From Ammonifex sp. (lineage in GTDB: Bacteria > Bacillota > Desulfotomaculia > Desulfotomaculales > DYER01): a stretch of 64,000 nt of DNA. The DNA lies in NCBI GenBank assembly GCA_020725605.1, contig DYER01000030.1, positions 83 to 64,082 of the forward strand, written 5' to 3'. Below, in pieces: positions 8,061-17,255 of the stretch (position 1 is its first letter; each line of letters starts with the position of its first letter). Below the pieces are notes generated by a model that worked only from the letters and a program-made list of their open reading frames with translations, ran no database searches and was not told where the DNA came from. Position numbers and translations under genes: made by a program.

Positions 8061-8332
8061 AACCGAGTAAGCCGCTCCTCCCGCGCCTCCCGGATCAGGT
8101 TCACGGAGCTACCGGACAGGACCCGGTCGCCGAACACCCGCCTTCGCACCTCGTTCGGCCGTTGCACGGCGGTCCGGCTGATGCCTTTCCCCGTTTCCGC
8201 TCGGGAGTGAAGCCACTGGCGTAATGCCGATATGACTACCTCTCTTACCGTGGTTCCTTCTTCCACCGCCCGGAGCTTGATGGCCTTGTAAAGGCTTTCG
8301 TCCCGCAGGTCTACGTTGAAGCGTGTTGGCAT
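8057..8332 (-). CDS. Ribbon-helix-helix (CopG/Arc-like) antitoxin-type DNA-binding protein
   Basis: Internal ATG of ORF 8057..8749. The 91 aa product is MPTRFNVDLRDESLYKAIKLRAVEEGTTVREVVISALRQWL..., a typical RHH N-terminus. Confidence 0.65.
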   Translation of the reverse strand: MPTRFNVDLRDESLYKAIKLRAVEEGTTVREVVISALRQWLHSRAETGKGISRTAVQRPNEVRRRVFGDRVLSGSSVNLIREAREERLTRL

Positions 8333-8471
8333 TCTTCTTTGCACCCCTCTACCACATGGTGCATGCGGCTTTGCGCGGCCGAGCCGAAGACGCAGGCAGC
8401 AACAACGTCCGGCCGGGCCAGGAGGTGTTCCCGGATTGTCGCCAGAAGCTTTTCCGCTTCCATTCAAGGAA

Positions 8472-8843
8472 TCATCTCCGCGTTGGGGAGTCTTCGGATC
8501 GGCGATCGCCTTCGAGTATGGAAAGTATCCTGCTCTGCAGGAAAGGTAGGTCTTCCTGAACCGTCTTCCAGACGGCGTCGAGGTCCACGCCGAAGTATTC
8601 GTGGATGAGCTTATCCCGCATACCGGCCATGCTCCGCCACGGAATGTCCGGGTGTTGTTGCCGCAACCGGGCCGAGACGTGTTTGGCCGCCTCACCGATG
8701 ATTTCCAGTTGCCGGATGATACCGTCCTGGAGGAGCAGATTGGCGTCAAACGCGACCCGGTCCGTATCGCCGAGGTAGCTCTGGATCCTGGCTATGGCGT
8801 CCAGCATGTGGCGGAGGTAGACGCGGTCATCCCGTTTGCTCAT
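8472..8843 (-). CDS. hepT: HepT (DUF86) toxin of a HepT/MNT toxin-antitoxin system
   Basis: 123 aa. The Rx4HxY motif is present in GMRDKLIHEYFGV. It overlaps the upstream MNT gene by 17 nt. Confidence 0.85.
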   Translation of the reverse strand: MSKRDDRVYLRHMLDAIARIQSYLGDTDRVAFDANLLLQDGIIRQLEIIGEAAKHVSARLRQQHPDIPWRSMAGMRDKLIHEYFGVDLDAVWKTVQEDLPFLQSRILSILEGDRRSEDSPTRR

Positions 8844-9333
8844 ACAGCACCACCGTTTCCCTCAGGATGGCGTCCCGCAGGTAGGGGCTGAGGGCGGCCT
8901 CGGTGAGCAGGTCCACCTTCTTCCCGAACAGGGCCGCGAGTTCCTCCTCTATGGCCACCAGTTCCAGCAGGCCCTTGGGCCGGGAAAACCGCACGAGAAG
9001 GTCCACGTCGCTGTCCGGTCGGTCTTCGCCGCGGGCGAAGGAGCCGAACATGCCCAGGAAGGTCACGTCGTGGCGCGTGCAGAAGCGGCGGAGGGCCGCC
9101 CTGTTCGGGGTGCGCGGCGCGGCCTGCCTTGCGGTTTTGTCGGCGCGCCTGTTTTCGTAAAGCGGCCTGGCCCGCGCCAGCAGTTCCTGCAGGTCCGCCG
9201 TGCGGATGCGGGCCACCCTCGGGCCCAGCTTGTATATGGGGATACGGCCCTCTTTTGCCCACTTGTAGACGGTGGCCCGGGCTACCCCCAGCCGGTCTGC
9301 CGCTTCACGAACGGTTACCCATTCCTTTTCCAT
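8827..9333 (-). CDS. mntA: MNT-type nucleotidyltransferase antitoxin with an N-terminal excisionase/MerR-type HTH
   Basis: 168 aa. The N-terminus WVTVREAADRLGVARATVYKWAKEGRIPIYKLG is an HTH_17-like motif. The C-terminal part carries GSFARGEDRPDSDVDLLV, the GS..DxD minimal nucleotidyltransferase motif. Confidence 0.85.
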   Translation of the reverse strand: MEKEWVTVREAADRLGVARATVYKWAKEGRIPIYKLGPRVARIRTADLQELLARARPLYENRRADKTARQAAPRTPNRAALRRFCTRHDVTFLGMFGSFARGEDRPDSDVDLLVRFSRPKGLLELVAIEEELAALFGKKVDLLTEAALSPYLRDAILRETVVLYEQTG

Positions 9334-9469
9334 GAACGCCTGTTCCCTCCCCGGGTTCTGTCAACAGTGTACAACGACGTTATTTACATCGTCAACCGCG
9401 ACCATTCCCTCCAGGTACGGCCAGGAAAGTATCCTGATTCGAGCGTCGGCAGGGAACAGGACGACGGCT

Positions 9470-10204
9470 TCATCCGGCCCCGCCCACGAAATCGGCGTAG
9501 GCCCGGGCCACCTCGGCCGCGGGCCCCTGGAGGCGCACCTCGCCCCGGTCCAGCCAGAGGGCGTGGTCGCAGAGCTCTGCGACCTGTTTGGGGGCGTGGG
9601 TGACGAAGACGATGGTCGTGCCGCGCTCCTTGAACTCGCGGATCTTCTTGAGGCACTTCTCCTGGAAGGGGAGGTCGCCCACGGCCAGGACCTCGTCGAT
9701 GAGCAGGATGTCCGGGTCCACGTGCACGGCCACGGCGAAGCCCAGGCGCATGTACATGCCCGAGGAGTAGTTGCGCACCGGGTTGTCGATGAAGTCGCCC
9801 AGCTCGGCGAAATCGATGATTTTCTCCAGGCGGCCGTTGATCTCGCGCCGGGTGAGGCCCAGGATGGAGGCGTTGAGGTAGATGTTCTCCCGGCCGGTGA
9901 AGTCCGGGTGGAAGCCCGCGCCCAGCTCCAGGAGGGTGGAGACGCGGCCGTGCACCCGCACGCGGCCGCGGTTGGGGTAGAGGATGCGGCTGATGATTTT
10001 CAAAAGGGTGCTCTTGCCCGAGCCGTTGCGGCCGATGAGGCCCACGGTGGCGCCGCGGGGCACGCTGAGGCTCACGCCCTTCAGGGCCCAGAAGTCCTCG
10101 GCCTTCTGGCGGTACGGGAAGATGAAACGCTCCTTCAGGCTGTAAACCCGGTCGTGGTAGATGCGGAACTTCTTCCAGACGTCGACGACCTCGATGGCGT
10201 CCAC
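9470..10204 (-). CDS. Polysaccharide/teichoic-acid-type ABC exporter, ATP-binding protein (TagH/Wzt-like)
   Basis: 244 aa. Walker A GRNGSGKST, signature YSSGMYMRL, Walker B ILLIDE. Confidence 0.9.
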   Translation of the reverse strand: MDAIEVVDVWKKFRIYHDRVYSLKERFIFPYRQKAEDFWALKGVSLSVPRGATVGLIGRNGSGKSTLLKIISRILYPNRGRVRVHGRVSTLLELGAGFHPDFTGRENIYLNASILGLTRREINGRLEKIIDFAELGDFIDNPVRNYSSGMYMRLGFAVAVHVDPDILLIDEVLAVGDLPFQEKCLKKIREFKERGTTIVFVTHAPKQVAELCDHALWLDRGEVRLQGPAAEVARAYADFVGGAG

Positions 10205-10217
10205 GGCGCCACCCCCG

Positions 10218-11006
10218 CTAGATTTCCTCAGCCACGGCCCGCTGCCAGCGGGTGAACCCTGCCAGGGCCAGGAGCAGCGCCGCCAGGCCGCCCAGCCCGG
10301 TGCGCCAGAGCTGCCCCCAGTCGGGCCAGGCGCCGTAGAAGAAAAGGGCCCGGTAGGCGTCCACGATGGGGGTCATGGGGTTGAGGAGGAAGTAACCGCG
10401 CACCTCGGCCGGAATGGCCTCCAGGGGGTACAGGACCGGCGTGAGGAAAAACCAGGCCATGAGGGCGATGCCCACGATGTGCTCCAGGTCCCGGAAGTAG
10501 ACGTTGCCCACGGCCACCAGCAGGGCCAGGGCCGCCACCAGCAGGGTCTGTACAAAAAGCACCGCCGGAAAGGCCAGCAGGGCTGGGGTGAGGCGGATCT
10601 TGAAGGCCAGCAGGGCCGGGATGAGGATGCCCAGGCCGAAGAGGTAGTTGAACAGGTTGGCCAGCACCACCGAAAGGGGCAGGACCGCCCGGGGGAAGTA
10701 GATCTTTTTCACCAGGCCCGCGTTCTGCACCAGGCTGGCCGCGGCCTGCTGCACGGACTGGGCCAGGTAGTTCCAGGGCAGCAGGGCCACGAACAGGAAC
10801 ATGGCGTAGTTCTCCACCTGGACGCGCATGACGTGGGAGAAGACGGCGCTGTAGACCACGAGCATGAACAGGGGGTTGAAGAAGGTCCACAGAAAGCCCA
10901 GCACCGAGCCCTTGTAGCGGGCCCGCAGCTCCCTGGCCACCAGGTTGCGGAGCATTTCGCGGTAGAGGTAGATTTCGGCAATCTGCTGCCACAAGGCCGC
11001 CGTCAC
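10218..11006 (-). CDS. ABC-2 type exporter permease (TagG/Wzm-like)
   Basis: 262 aa multi-pass membrane protein. The N-terminus ...LRARYKGSVLGFLWTFFNP is typical of ABC-2 permeases. It sits directly upstream of the ATPase gene. Exact start uncertain. Confidence 0.85.
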   Translation of the reverse strand: MTAALWQQIAEIYLYREMLRNLVARELRARYKGSVLGFLWTFFNPLFMLVVYSAVFSHVMRVQVENYAMFLFVALLPWNYLAQSVQQAAASLVQNAGLVKKIYFPRAVLPLSVVLANLFNYLFGLGILIPALLAFKIRLTPALLAFPAVLFVQTLLVAALALLVAVGNVYFRDLEHIVGIALMAWFFLTPVLYPLEAIPAEVRGYFLLNPMTPIVDAYRALFFYGAWPDWGQLWRTGLGGLAALLLALAGFTRWQRAVAEEI

Positions 11007-11168
11007 CAGCCGGAAGAAGTCATCCCCGTGTTATTTCGGCGGGCGGCGGCCAATTCCCTTCCCCTCCCGCCGGGCCGAAACCTCCGGCCGCGGCCCCGGG
11101 GTCGGGCCTGGGGGCACCGCAGGGGGCCGCCCGGGACAGCAGAGGGGCACTGCCGTAAGGGTGGGCCG

Positions 11169-12143
11169 TCACCCACCGCCGCGGGCCCTGCGCAGTTCCT
11201 CGATGAGCAGGGGCAGCACCGCCCGCAGGTCCCCCACGATGCCCACGTCGGCCACCTCGAAGATGGGGGCGCCTGCGTTCTGGTCCACGGCGAAGATGAC
11301 CCCGGAACCCAGGAAGCCGGTGGTGAAGTGCATGGCGCCCGAGGCCCCGAGGCTCACGAAGAGCCTGGGGCTCACGGTCCTGCCGCTCTGGCCGATCATG
11401 AGTTCTTCGGGAATCCAGCCGCGGTCCACGGCCGGCCTGGTGCCGCCCACGGCCGCCCCCAGGAGGCGGGCCAGCTCCCAAACGGGTTCGAACCCGCCCG
11501 CGGCGTGGAGGCCCCACCCGCCGGCCACCACCACCTCCGCCGCCTCCAGACTGACGCCCGCGGGCTCCTCCTCCGCCATCTCCAGGGTGCGGGCGCGCAG
11601 CGATTCCTCCCGTAAGTCGCAGGGGACGCGCACCAGCTCGCCCCTGCGGCCGGAGTCCCCCTGGGGCACGGGGAAGACCCCGGGCTTGACCGTGGCCATC
11701 TGGGGGTTCCGGAGGCAGACGTATTCCCAGAGGGTACCCCGGCCCAGACCCGGCACCACCTGCACCAGGCGCCCTTCTTCGTTAACGTAAAGGTCCACGC
11801 AGTGGGCCGTGAGCCCGGTGCCCAGTCTGGCCGCCACCCGGGCCGCCAGCTCCCGGCCCAGGGTGGTGGCCCCCAGGAGAATGACTTCGGGGCCGTGTTC
11901 CCCGGCCAGCCGGGCCAGCAGGTCCGCGCAGGCGTCGCTCTGGTAAAGGCGCAGCAAAGGGTGGTCCACCAGGTAGACCTTCTCCGCCCCGTGGGCGAAG
12001 AGCTCCCCGGCCGCCTCCTCCACCCCGTGGCCCAGGAGCACCGCGGCCGGTACGGCCCCGAGGGCCGGGGCCAGTTCGCGGGCCTTGCCCAGGAGTTCCA
12101 GGGACACCGGCAGCAGCCGGCCCCGCCTCTGTTCGGCCCACAC
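11169..12143 (-). CDS. etfA: Electron transfer flavoprotein, alpha subunit
   Basis: ETF alpha FAD-binding C-terminus (...AVGGTRPAVDRGWIPEELMIGQSGRTVSPRLFVSLGASGAMHFTTG...). The start is reassigned to the GTG at 12143, 6 nt after GGAG. The ORF-track N-terminus (to 12239) translates repeat R5. Confidence 0.9.
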   Translation of the reverse strand: MWAEQRRGRLLPVSLELLGKARELAPALGAVPAAVLLGHGVEEAAGELFAHGAEKVYLVDHPLLRLYQSDACADLLARLAGEHGPEVILLGATTLGRELAARVAARLGTGLTAHCVDLYVNEEGRLVQVVPGLGRGTLWEYVCLRNPQMATVKPGVFPVPQGDSGRRGELVRVPCDLREESLRARTLEMAEEEPAGVSLEAAEVVVAGGWGLHAAGGFEPVWELARLLGAAVGGTRPAVDRGWIPEELMIGQSGRTVSPRLFVSLGASGAMHFTTGFLGSGVIFAVDQNAGAPIFEVADVGIVGDLRAVLPLLIEELRRARGGG

Positions 12144-12153
12144 CCACAGCTCC

Positions 12154-12221
12154 GACGGGGAATTTTGCCTTCGGAAGGCAATCCGGTTGCCGGCACCGGT
12201 GGGTTGGCAAAATTTCCCGTC
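12154..12221 (+). repeat. Inverted-repeat intergenic element, copy R5
   Basis: GACGGGGAATTTTGCC-TTCGGAAGGCAATCCGGTTGCCGGCACCGGTGGGTT-GGCAAAATTTCCCGTC. It fills the etfB-etfA spacer. Confidence 0.9.
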
Positions 12222-12235
12222 GTCTCGCGCCACGC

Positions 12236-12982
12236 TCACAGCACCCCCAGTTCCTTCAGCCTTGCAACGGCCTTCTTCACGGCCTCCTCCGGGGGACCGG
12301 AGAAAATCTCCTTTCGGCGGCCGAATTCTTTCGTGAGCTCGCGGACCAGGCGCGTGGGAGAACCCTCAAGGCCCACCAGGCCGGGGTCCAGGCCGAGGTC
12401 CTCCGCGTTCCAGACCGTGATCTCTTTCCCGGCGGCGGCCATGATGCCCCAGACCGTGGGCAGGCGGGGCGCGTTGATCCCCTTGACCACGGCCACGAGG
12501 GCCGGCAGCCGCACCTCGACCCTCATGTGGCCGTGCTCCAGGGCCCTTTCCGCCAGCAGCCGGTCCGGGGCCGGGGCCTCCAGCCTCCGCACGTGGGTCA
12601 CGCAGGGCACCCCCAGGAATTCGGCCAGCTGGGGCCCCACCTGCCCCGTGGCCCCGGTGGCGGACTCGTTCCCGCACAGCAGCAGGTCGAAGGGACCCAG
12701 GCGCCTGATGCCGTGGGAAAGGGTGCGGGCCGTGGCCAGGGTGTCGGCCCCGGCGAAGCGCTCGTCGCACAGGAACACGGCCCGGTCCGCGCCCGCAGCC
12801 AGGGCCTCTTCCAGGGCGCGCCCGGCCGGCGGCGAGCCCATGGTGAGGGCCGTCACCCGGCCCCCGAACCGCTCCTTGAGGCGCAGGGCCTCCTCCAGGG
12901 CGTGCCGCTCCAGGGGGCCGATGGCCGACCGCCCGGGCTCTGCCCCGTCCCTCACCCTTCTGACGCACACTATGAGCTCCAT
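12236..12982 (-). CDS. etfB: Electron transfer flavoprotein, beta subunit
   Basis: Internal ATG at 12982 of ORF 12236..13777. The 248 aa product MELIVCVRRV...LLLCGNESATGATGQVGPQLAEFLGVPCVTHV... matches ETF beta. Confidence 0.9.
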   Translation of the reverse strand: MELIVCVRRVRDGAEPGRSAIGPLERHALEEALRLKERFGGRVTALTMGSPPAGRALEEALAAGADRAVFLCDERFAGADTLATARTLSHGIRRLGPFDLLLCGNESATGATGQVGPQLAEFLGVPCVTHVRRLEAPAPDRLLAERALEHGHMRVEVRLPALVAVVKGINAPRLPTVWGIMAAAGKEITVWNAEDLGLDPGLVGLEGSPTRLVRELTKEFGRRKEIFSGPPEEAVKKAVARLKELGVL

Positions 12983-14115
12983 TACCTTACGATGCTGCCC
13001 CCGATGATGACCTTCATGACCTGCTGGGTGCCGGCCGCGGCCAGGAGCTCCAGCCCGTCCCTGAGCCTGCGGATGACGTGGTACTCGGGCGTGGTGCCGC
13101 AGGCCCCCAGAACCTCCACGGCCTTTGCGGCCACGTCGTTGGCCACATACACGGTGTAGAGCTTGGCCCTGGCGATGTCGGCCCCCGCGTCCCTGGGGCT
13201 CTTCCCCTGGTCCAGGAGCCAGGCCGCCTTGTAGGCCAGCAACCGGCCCGCCTCGATGCCCACGTTCATGTCCACCAGCATGAACTGGATGGCCTGCAGG
13301 TCCGCGACGGGCCTGCCGTACAGCCGGCGCTCCTTGGCGAACCTGAGGGCCGCCTCGTAGCTCCCCTGGGCCACGCCCAGGGCCACCCCGGCCACGCCGG
13401 TCCGGCCCACGGCGGCGATGGCCGCAAGGGCCGCGGCCAGGCCCCGGCCTTCCTGGCCCACCAGGTTCTCCTTGGGGACGCGGCACCCGGTAAAGGCCAG
13501 CTCGCTGACCGGGATGGAGCGCAGGCCCGCGTGCTTCTCCCTCCTGGGGGCCTCGAAGCCCGGGGTCCCCTTTTCCACCAGGAAGGCGTTGAACTTGTCG
13601 TCGGTTCTGGCCACCACCACGACCAGGTCCGCCACTTCGCCGATGGTGATGAAGACCTTGCGGCCGTTGAGCACCCACCCGTCCCCATCGGCCCGGGCCG
13701 TGGACTGCATGGCCGTGGGGTCCGAGCCGCCGGTGGGCTCGGTCACTGCCGTGGCGATGAACTTCTCGGCCCGGCACAGGGCGGGGAGGTATTTCCTCTT
13801 CTGGTCCTCGGTGCCCGCGGTCTCCAGGATGTAGATGCCCATGGGGGCCACCTGGAGGAAAAAGCCCAGGGGCGGGTAGACCCTGGAGACTTCCTCGATG
13901 GCGATCATGCGCGCCAGGTGGCCCATACCCGAGCCGCCGTATTCCGGCGAGGTGACGATGCCCACCAGGCCCAGCTCCGCGGTGCGCCGCGCCTGTTCCA
14001 GGGGAAACTCGCCCCTCTCGTCAAGTTCCGCGGCCCGCGGGGCCAGCTCCGCTTCGGCAAACTCCCGTACCACGTTCCTCAGCATTTCCTGCTGTTTGGT
14101 GAGACCGAAGTCCAC
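12982..14115 (-). CDS. Acyl-CoA dehydrogenase
   Basis: ACAD motifs (...TEPTGGSDP..., ...FAKERRLYGRPVADLQAIQFMLVDM...). The GTG at 14115 lies 7 nt after AAAGGAGGTG. Confidence 0.9.
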   Translation of the reverse strand: MDFGLTKQQEMLRNVVREFAEAELAPRAAELDERGEFPLEQARRTAELGLVGIVTSPEYGGSGMGHLARMIAIEEVSRVYPPLGFFLQVAPMGIYILETAGTEDQKRKYLPALCRAEKFIATAVTEPTGGSDPTAMQSTARADGDGWVLNGRKVFITIGEVADLVVVVARTDDKFNAFLVEKGTPGFEAPRREKHAGLRSIPVSELAFTGCRVPKENLVGQEGRGLAAALAAIAAVGRTGVAGVALGVAQGSYEAALRFAKERRLYGRPVADLQAIQFMLVDMNVGIEAGRLLAYKAAWLLDQGKSPRDAGADIARAKLYTVYVANDVAAKAVEVLGACGTTPEYHVIRRLRDGLELLAAAGTQQVMKVIIGGSIVR

Positions 14116-14187
14116 GCTCCCCCACCTCCTTTCAAGAATTTCTCCGCCTTCCGGCCTTTTCCTGCCGGCCCCCCACTGTGCCACGGC

Positions 14188-15390
14188 TCACAGCACCTGG
14201 AAGACGGCGCACTTCAGGTAATACGTCTCGGGGGCCGCGGGCAGGATGGGGTGGTCGCGGGCCTGGCGGCGGAGCTCCACCAGGCGCAAGACGCGTCCGG
14301 CGTCGGCGGCGGCCGCCATGACCACCGCCAGGAAGGAGGCCTCGTCCAGGTGGTAGGAGCAGGAACAGGTGACCAGAAAGCCCCCCGGCCTCAAGAGCTT
14401 CATGGCCCGCAGGTTGATCTCCTTGTAGCCCCGGACGGCCCCGGGCAGGGCCTCCCTGGACTTGGTGAAGGCCGGCGGGTCCAGGATGACGAGGTCGAAC
14501 TTTTCTTGTGCCGCGGCCAGGCGCCGCAGCTCGTCGAAGGCGTTGGCCGCGTAAAAGCGGCAGCGGTCCGCCAGTCCGTTCAGGCGCGCGTGTTCCGCGG
14601 CCAGTTCCACCGCCGCGGGCGCGATGTCCACGCCCACGACTTCCCGGGCCCCGAAGAGGGCCGCGTGGAGGGCGAAGGCCCCGGAATAGCAGAAGGCGTC
14701 CAGCACCCGGGCCCCGGGGGCCAGGTCCTTCAGGGCCAGGCGGTTTTCCCGCTGGTCCAGGAAAAACCCTGTTTTCTGGCCGCGGGCCAGGTCCGCCGCG
14801 AAGCGCAGGCCGTGTTCCACGAAGGTGACGAGGGGGTCGAAGTCGCCGTACAGGTGGCCGGTGCGGAGCTCCAGGCCCTCCAGGAGGCGCACGTTGACGT
14901 CGTTGCGCTCGTAGATGCCCCGGGGTTGCAGCAGTTCCACCAGCACCTCCACGAGGAGGTCCTTGAACCGGTCCATGCCCAGGGCCAGGGTCTGCAGGAC
15001 CAGGTAGGGGCCGAAGCGGTCCACGATCAGGGCGGGCAGGAAGTCGGCCTCGCCGAAGACGAGGCGGCAGGCCTCGGCCCTGGGGGCCACCCGGCGGCGG
15101 TACTCCAGGGCGGCCGCGATGCGCCGGCGAAAAAAGTCCCGGTCCACCCGCTCCCCCGGGTCGCGGGTGAGCAGGCGGACCAGGATCTGGGAGGCGGGGT
15201 TGGCGTAGCCGCGGCCCAGAAAGCGGCCCCGGGCGTCCACCACCCGCACCAGGTCTCCGGGCGCGAATTCCCCCTCGATCTCGGCCACCTCGGTGGCGTA
15301 AACCCAGGGGTGGCCGGCGGCCACGCGGCGGTGGCGTCCGGGGAGCAGCCGCACGGCCGGCTCGGCGCCCCTGACGAAAGCGGAGGCCAA
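14188..15390 (-). CDS. Class I SAM-dependent rRNA methyltransferase with PUA domain (RlmI/YwbD-like)
   Basis: 400 aa. The N-terminus ...GHPWVYATEV...GDLVRVVDARGRFLGRGYANP is PUA-like. The C-terminal part has the SAM motif VLDAFCYSGAF and DPPAF. Confidence 0.85.
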   Translation of the reverse strand: MASAFVRGAEPAVRLLPGRHRRVAAGHPWVYATEVAEIEGEFAPGDLVRVVDARGRFLGRGYANPASQILVRLLTRDPGERVDRDFFRRRIAAALEYRRRVAPRAEACRLVFGEADFLPALIVDRFGPYLVLQTLALGMDRFKDLLVEVLVELLQPRGIYERNDVNVRLLEGLELRTGHLYGDFDPLVTFVEHGLRFAADLARGQKTGFFLDQRENRLALKDLAPGARVLDAFCYSGAFALHAALFGAREVVGVDIAPAAVELAAEHARLNGLADRCRFYAANAFDELRRLAAAQEKFDLVILDPPAFTKSREALPGAVRGYKEINLRAMKLLRPGGFLVTCSCSYHLDEASFLAVVMAAAADAGRVLRLVELRRQARDHPILPAAPETYYLKCAVFQVL

Positions 15391-15393
15391 GCC

Positions 15394-15927
15394 TCAATCC
15401 CCCCTGGTGGGCAGGTCCGCCAGGCCCAGCAGCTCCAGGATGGCCCGGCAGAAGGCCGGGAGGTCCTCGGGCGTCCGGGAGGTGACCAGGTTGCCGTCCA
15501 CCACCGCCGCGGCGTCGATGTACTCCGCGCCGGCGTTGACCAGGTCGTCCTTGATACTGGCGAAGCACGTGGCGCGCCGGCCCCGCAGCAGCCCGGCCGA
15601 GATCAGGATCTGGGGGCCGTGGCAGATGGCCCCCACCACGCGGCCGGCCTCGTGCATGGCGCGCACGAAGTCGACCATGGCGGGCACGCGGCGCATGCGG
15701 TCCGGGGCGAAGCCGCCCGGCACGATGACGGCGTCGAAGTCCTCGGCCCGGCACTTCTGCACCGCCAGCTCTTCTTTTACGGGGTACCCCAGCTTGCTCA
15801 GGTAGACCTCCTGGCGGCCCGGGCCCACCACCGTGACCCGGCAACCCGCCTCTTTAAAACGCAAAACAGGATACCATAACTCAAGTTCCTGATAGTCGTC
15901 CTCCACCAGGACCGCCACCCTCTTCAA
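15394..15927 (-). CDS. DJ-1/PfpI family protein (intracellular protease/amidase type)
   Basis: 177 aa. ...DAVIVPGGFAPD... and the nucleophile elbow AICHGPQIL. Confidence 0.85.
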   Translation of the reverse strand: MKRVAVLVEDDYQELELWYPVLRFKEAGCRVTVVGPGRQEVYLSKLGYPVKEELAVQKCRAEDFDAVIVPGGFAPDRMRRVPAMVDFVRAMHEAGRVVGAICHGPQILISAGLLRGRRATCFASIKDDLVNAGAEYIDAAAVVDGNLVTSRTPEDLPAFCRAILELLGLADLPTRGD

Positions 15928-17237
15928 GTCGCTCCCCCCTTCCCCGTCAGGCGCTCGGCCCGTTCCGCTATTTCCGCGAACAGCCTCTCTTCGTCCACGG
16001 TCAGTACCGCGCGGTTCTCCATGACGATGCGGCCGCCGACCACCACGGTGACCACGTCCGGGCCCCGGGCCGCGTACACCAGGTGGGCCGGGACGCTGTG
16101 GCGGGGCGTGAGGTGGGCCTGGGCCGTGTCCACCAGGATGAAGTCGGCCTTCTTCCCCGGCTCCAGGCTTCCGATGCGGTCGGCCAGCCCCAGGGCCCGC
16201 GCGCCGTTGATGGTGGCCATTTCCAGCACCCGGTGGGCGGGCAGCACCGTGGGGTCCCGCCGGGCCACCTTTTGCACCAGCGCCGCGGCCCTCATTTCCT
16301 CGAACAGGTCCAGGTTGTTGTTGCTGGCCGCGCCGTCGGTGCCCAGGGCCACGTTCACCCCGGCATCCAGGAGCCGCGCCACGGGCGCGACGCCGCTGGC
16401 CAGCTTCATGTTGGACTCGGGGTTGTGGGCCACGCTCACCCCCCGCGCGGCCAGGAGAGCCACGTCGTCATCGTCCAGGTGCACGCAGTGGGCCGCCAGG
16501 ACCGGGACCCGAAACAGCCCGGTCCGCTCCATCAACCGCACCGGGCTGCACCCGTAACGGGCCCGGATGTCGGCCACCTCGCCTTCCGTCTCGGACAGGT
16601 GGATGTGCACACCCACGCCCAGGCGCGCGGCCTGGTCCCGCACCCTTTCCAGGTAGTCCGGCGGGCAGGTGTAGGGCGCGTGGGGCCCCAGCATGCAGGT
16701 GAGGCGGCCCTCCCCGGCGCCGTGGAACTCCCGCACCAGGGCCACGCCGTCTTCCAGGGCCCGGTCGGCGCCGGGCGCCACGCCGATGAGGCCCCGGGAA
16801 AGGCTGGCCCTGATCCCGGCGTCCAGCACGGCCCGGGCCGCCTCCTCCATGTGGAAGTACATGTCGGCGAAGGCCGTGGTGCCGGAGCGTATCATTTCCA
16901 CGCAGGCCAGGAGCGTGCCCCAGTAGACGTCCTCGGGCTCCAGGCGCGCCTCCACCGGCCAGATCCTGGTCTGGAGCCACTCCATCAGGGGGAGGTCGTC
17001 GGCGTAGCCCCGGAAGAGGGTCATGGCGGCGTGGGTGTGGGCGTTGACCAGTCCCGGCAGCAGCACCAGGCCCCGGCCTTCGATGACGCGGTCGGCCCGG
17101 AAATCCTCCGGCACGCTCCCCGGCGGCCCCACGTGGATTATGGCGTCGCCGCGCACGGCCACCTCGCCCGGATCGTAGATCGTACCCCGGGGGTCCATGG
17201 TGAGGACCGTGGCCCCCCTTACCAGCAGATTACCCAT
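15924..17237 (-). CDS. mtaD: 5'-methylthioadenosine/S-adenosylhomocysteine deaminase (amidohydrolase)
   Basis: 437 aa. ...LLPGLVNAHTHAAMTLFRGYADDLPLMEWL..., HLSET, ...GTDGAASNNNLD... Confidence 0.85.
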   Translation of the reverse strand: MGNLLVRGATVLTMDPRGTIYDPGEVAVRGDAIIHVGPPGSVPEDFRADRVIEGRGLVLLPGLVNAHTHAAMTLFRGYADDLPLMEWLQTRIWPVEARLEPEDVYWGTLLACVEMIRSGTTAFADMYFHMEEAARAVLDAGIRASLSRGLIGVAPGADRALEDGVALVREFHGAGEGRLTCMLGPHAPYTCPPDYLERVRDQAARLGVGVHIHLSETEGEVADIRARYGCSPVRLMERTGLFRVPVLAAHCVHLDDDDVALLAARGVSVAHNPESNMKLASGVAPVARLLDAGVNVALGTDGAASNNNLDLFEEMRAAALVQKVARRDPTVLPAHRVLEMATINGARALGLADRIGSLEPGKKADFILVDTAQAHLTPRHSVPAHLVYAARGPDVVTVVVGGRIVMENRAVLTVDEERLFAEIAERAERLTGKGGAT

Positions 17238-17255
17238 TCCGGCACCCCCGTCTTC

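Noticed and set aside
13078-15879. Very long plus-strand ORF (933 aa) spanning the acd, rlmI and pfpI region. A similar 1134-aa plus-strand ORF lies at 48816..52220.
   Set aside because: Both are antisense to well-supported minus-strand genes. Their translations are Gly/Arg/Pro/His-rich low-complexity sequence with no recognisable motifs. They are the expected stop-codon-poor antisense frames of a high-GC genome.
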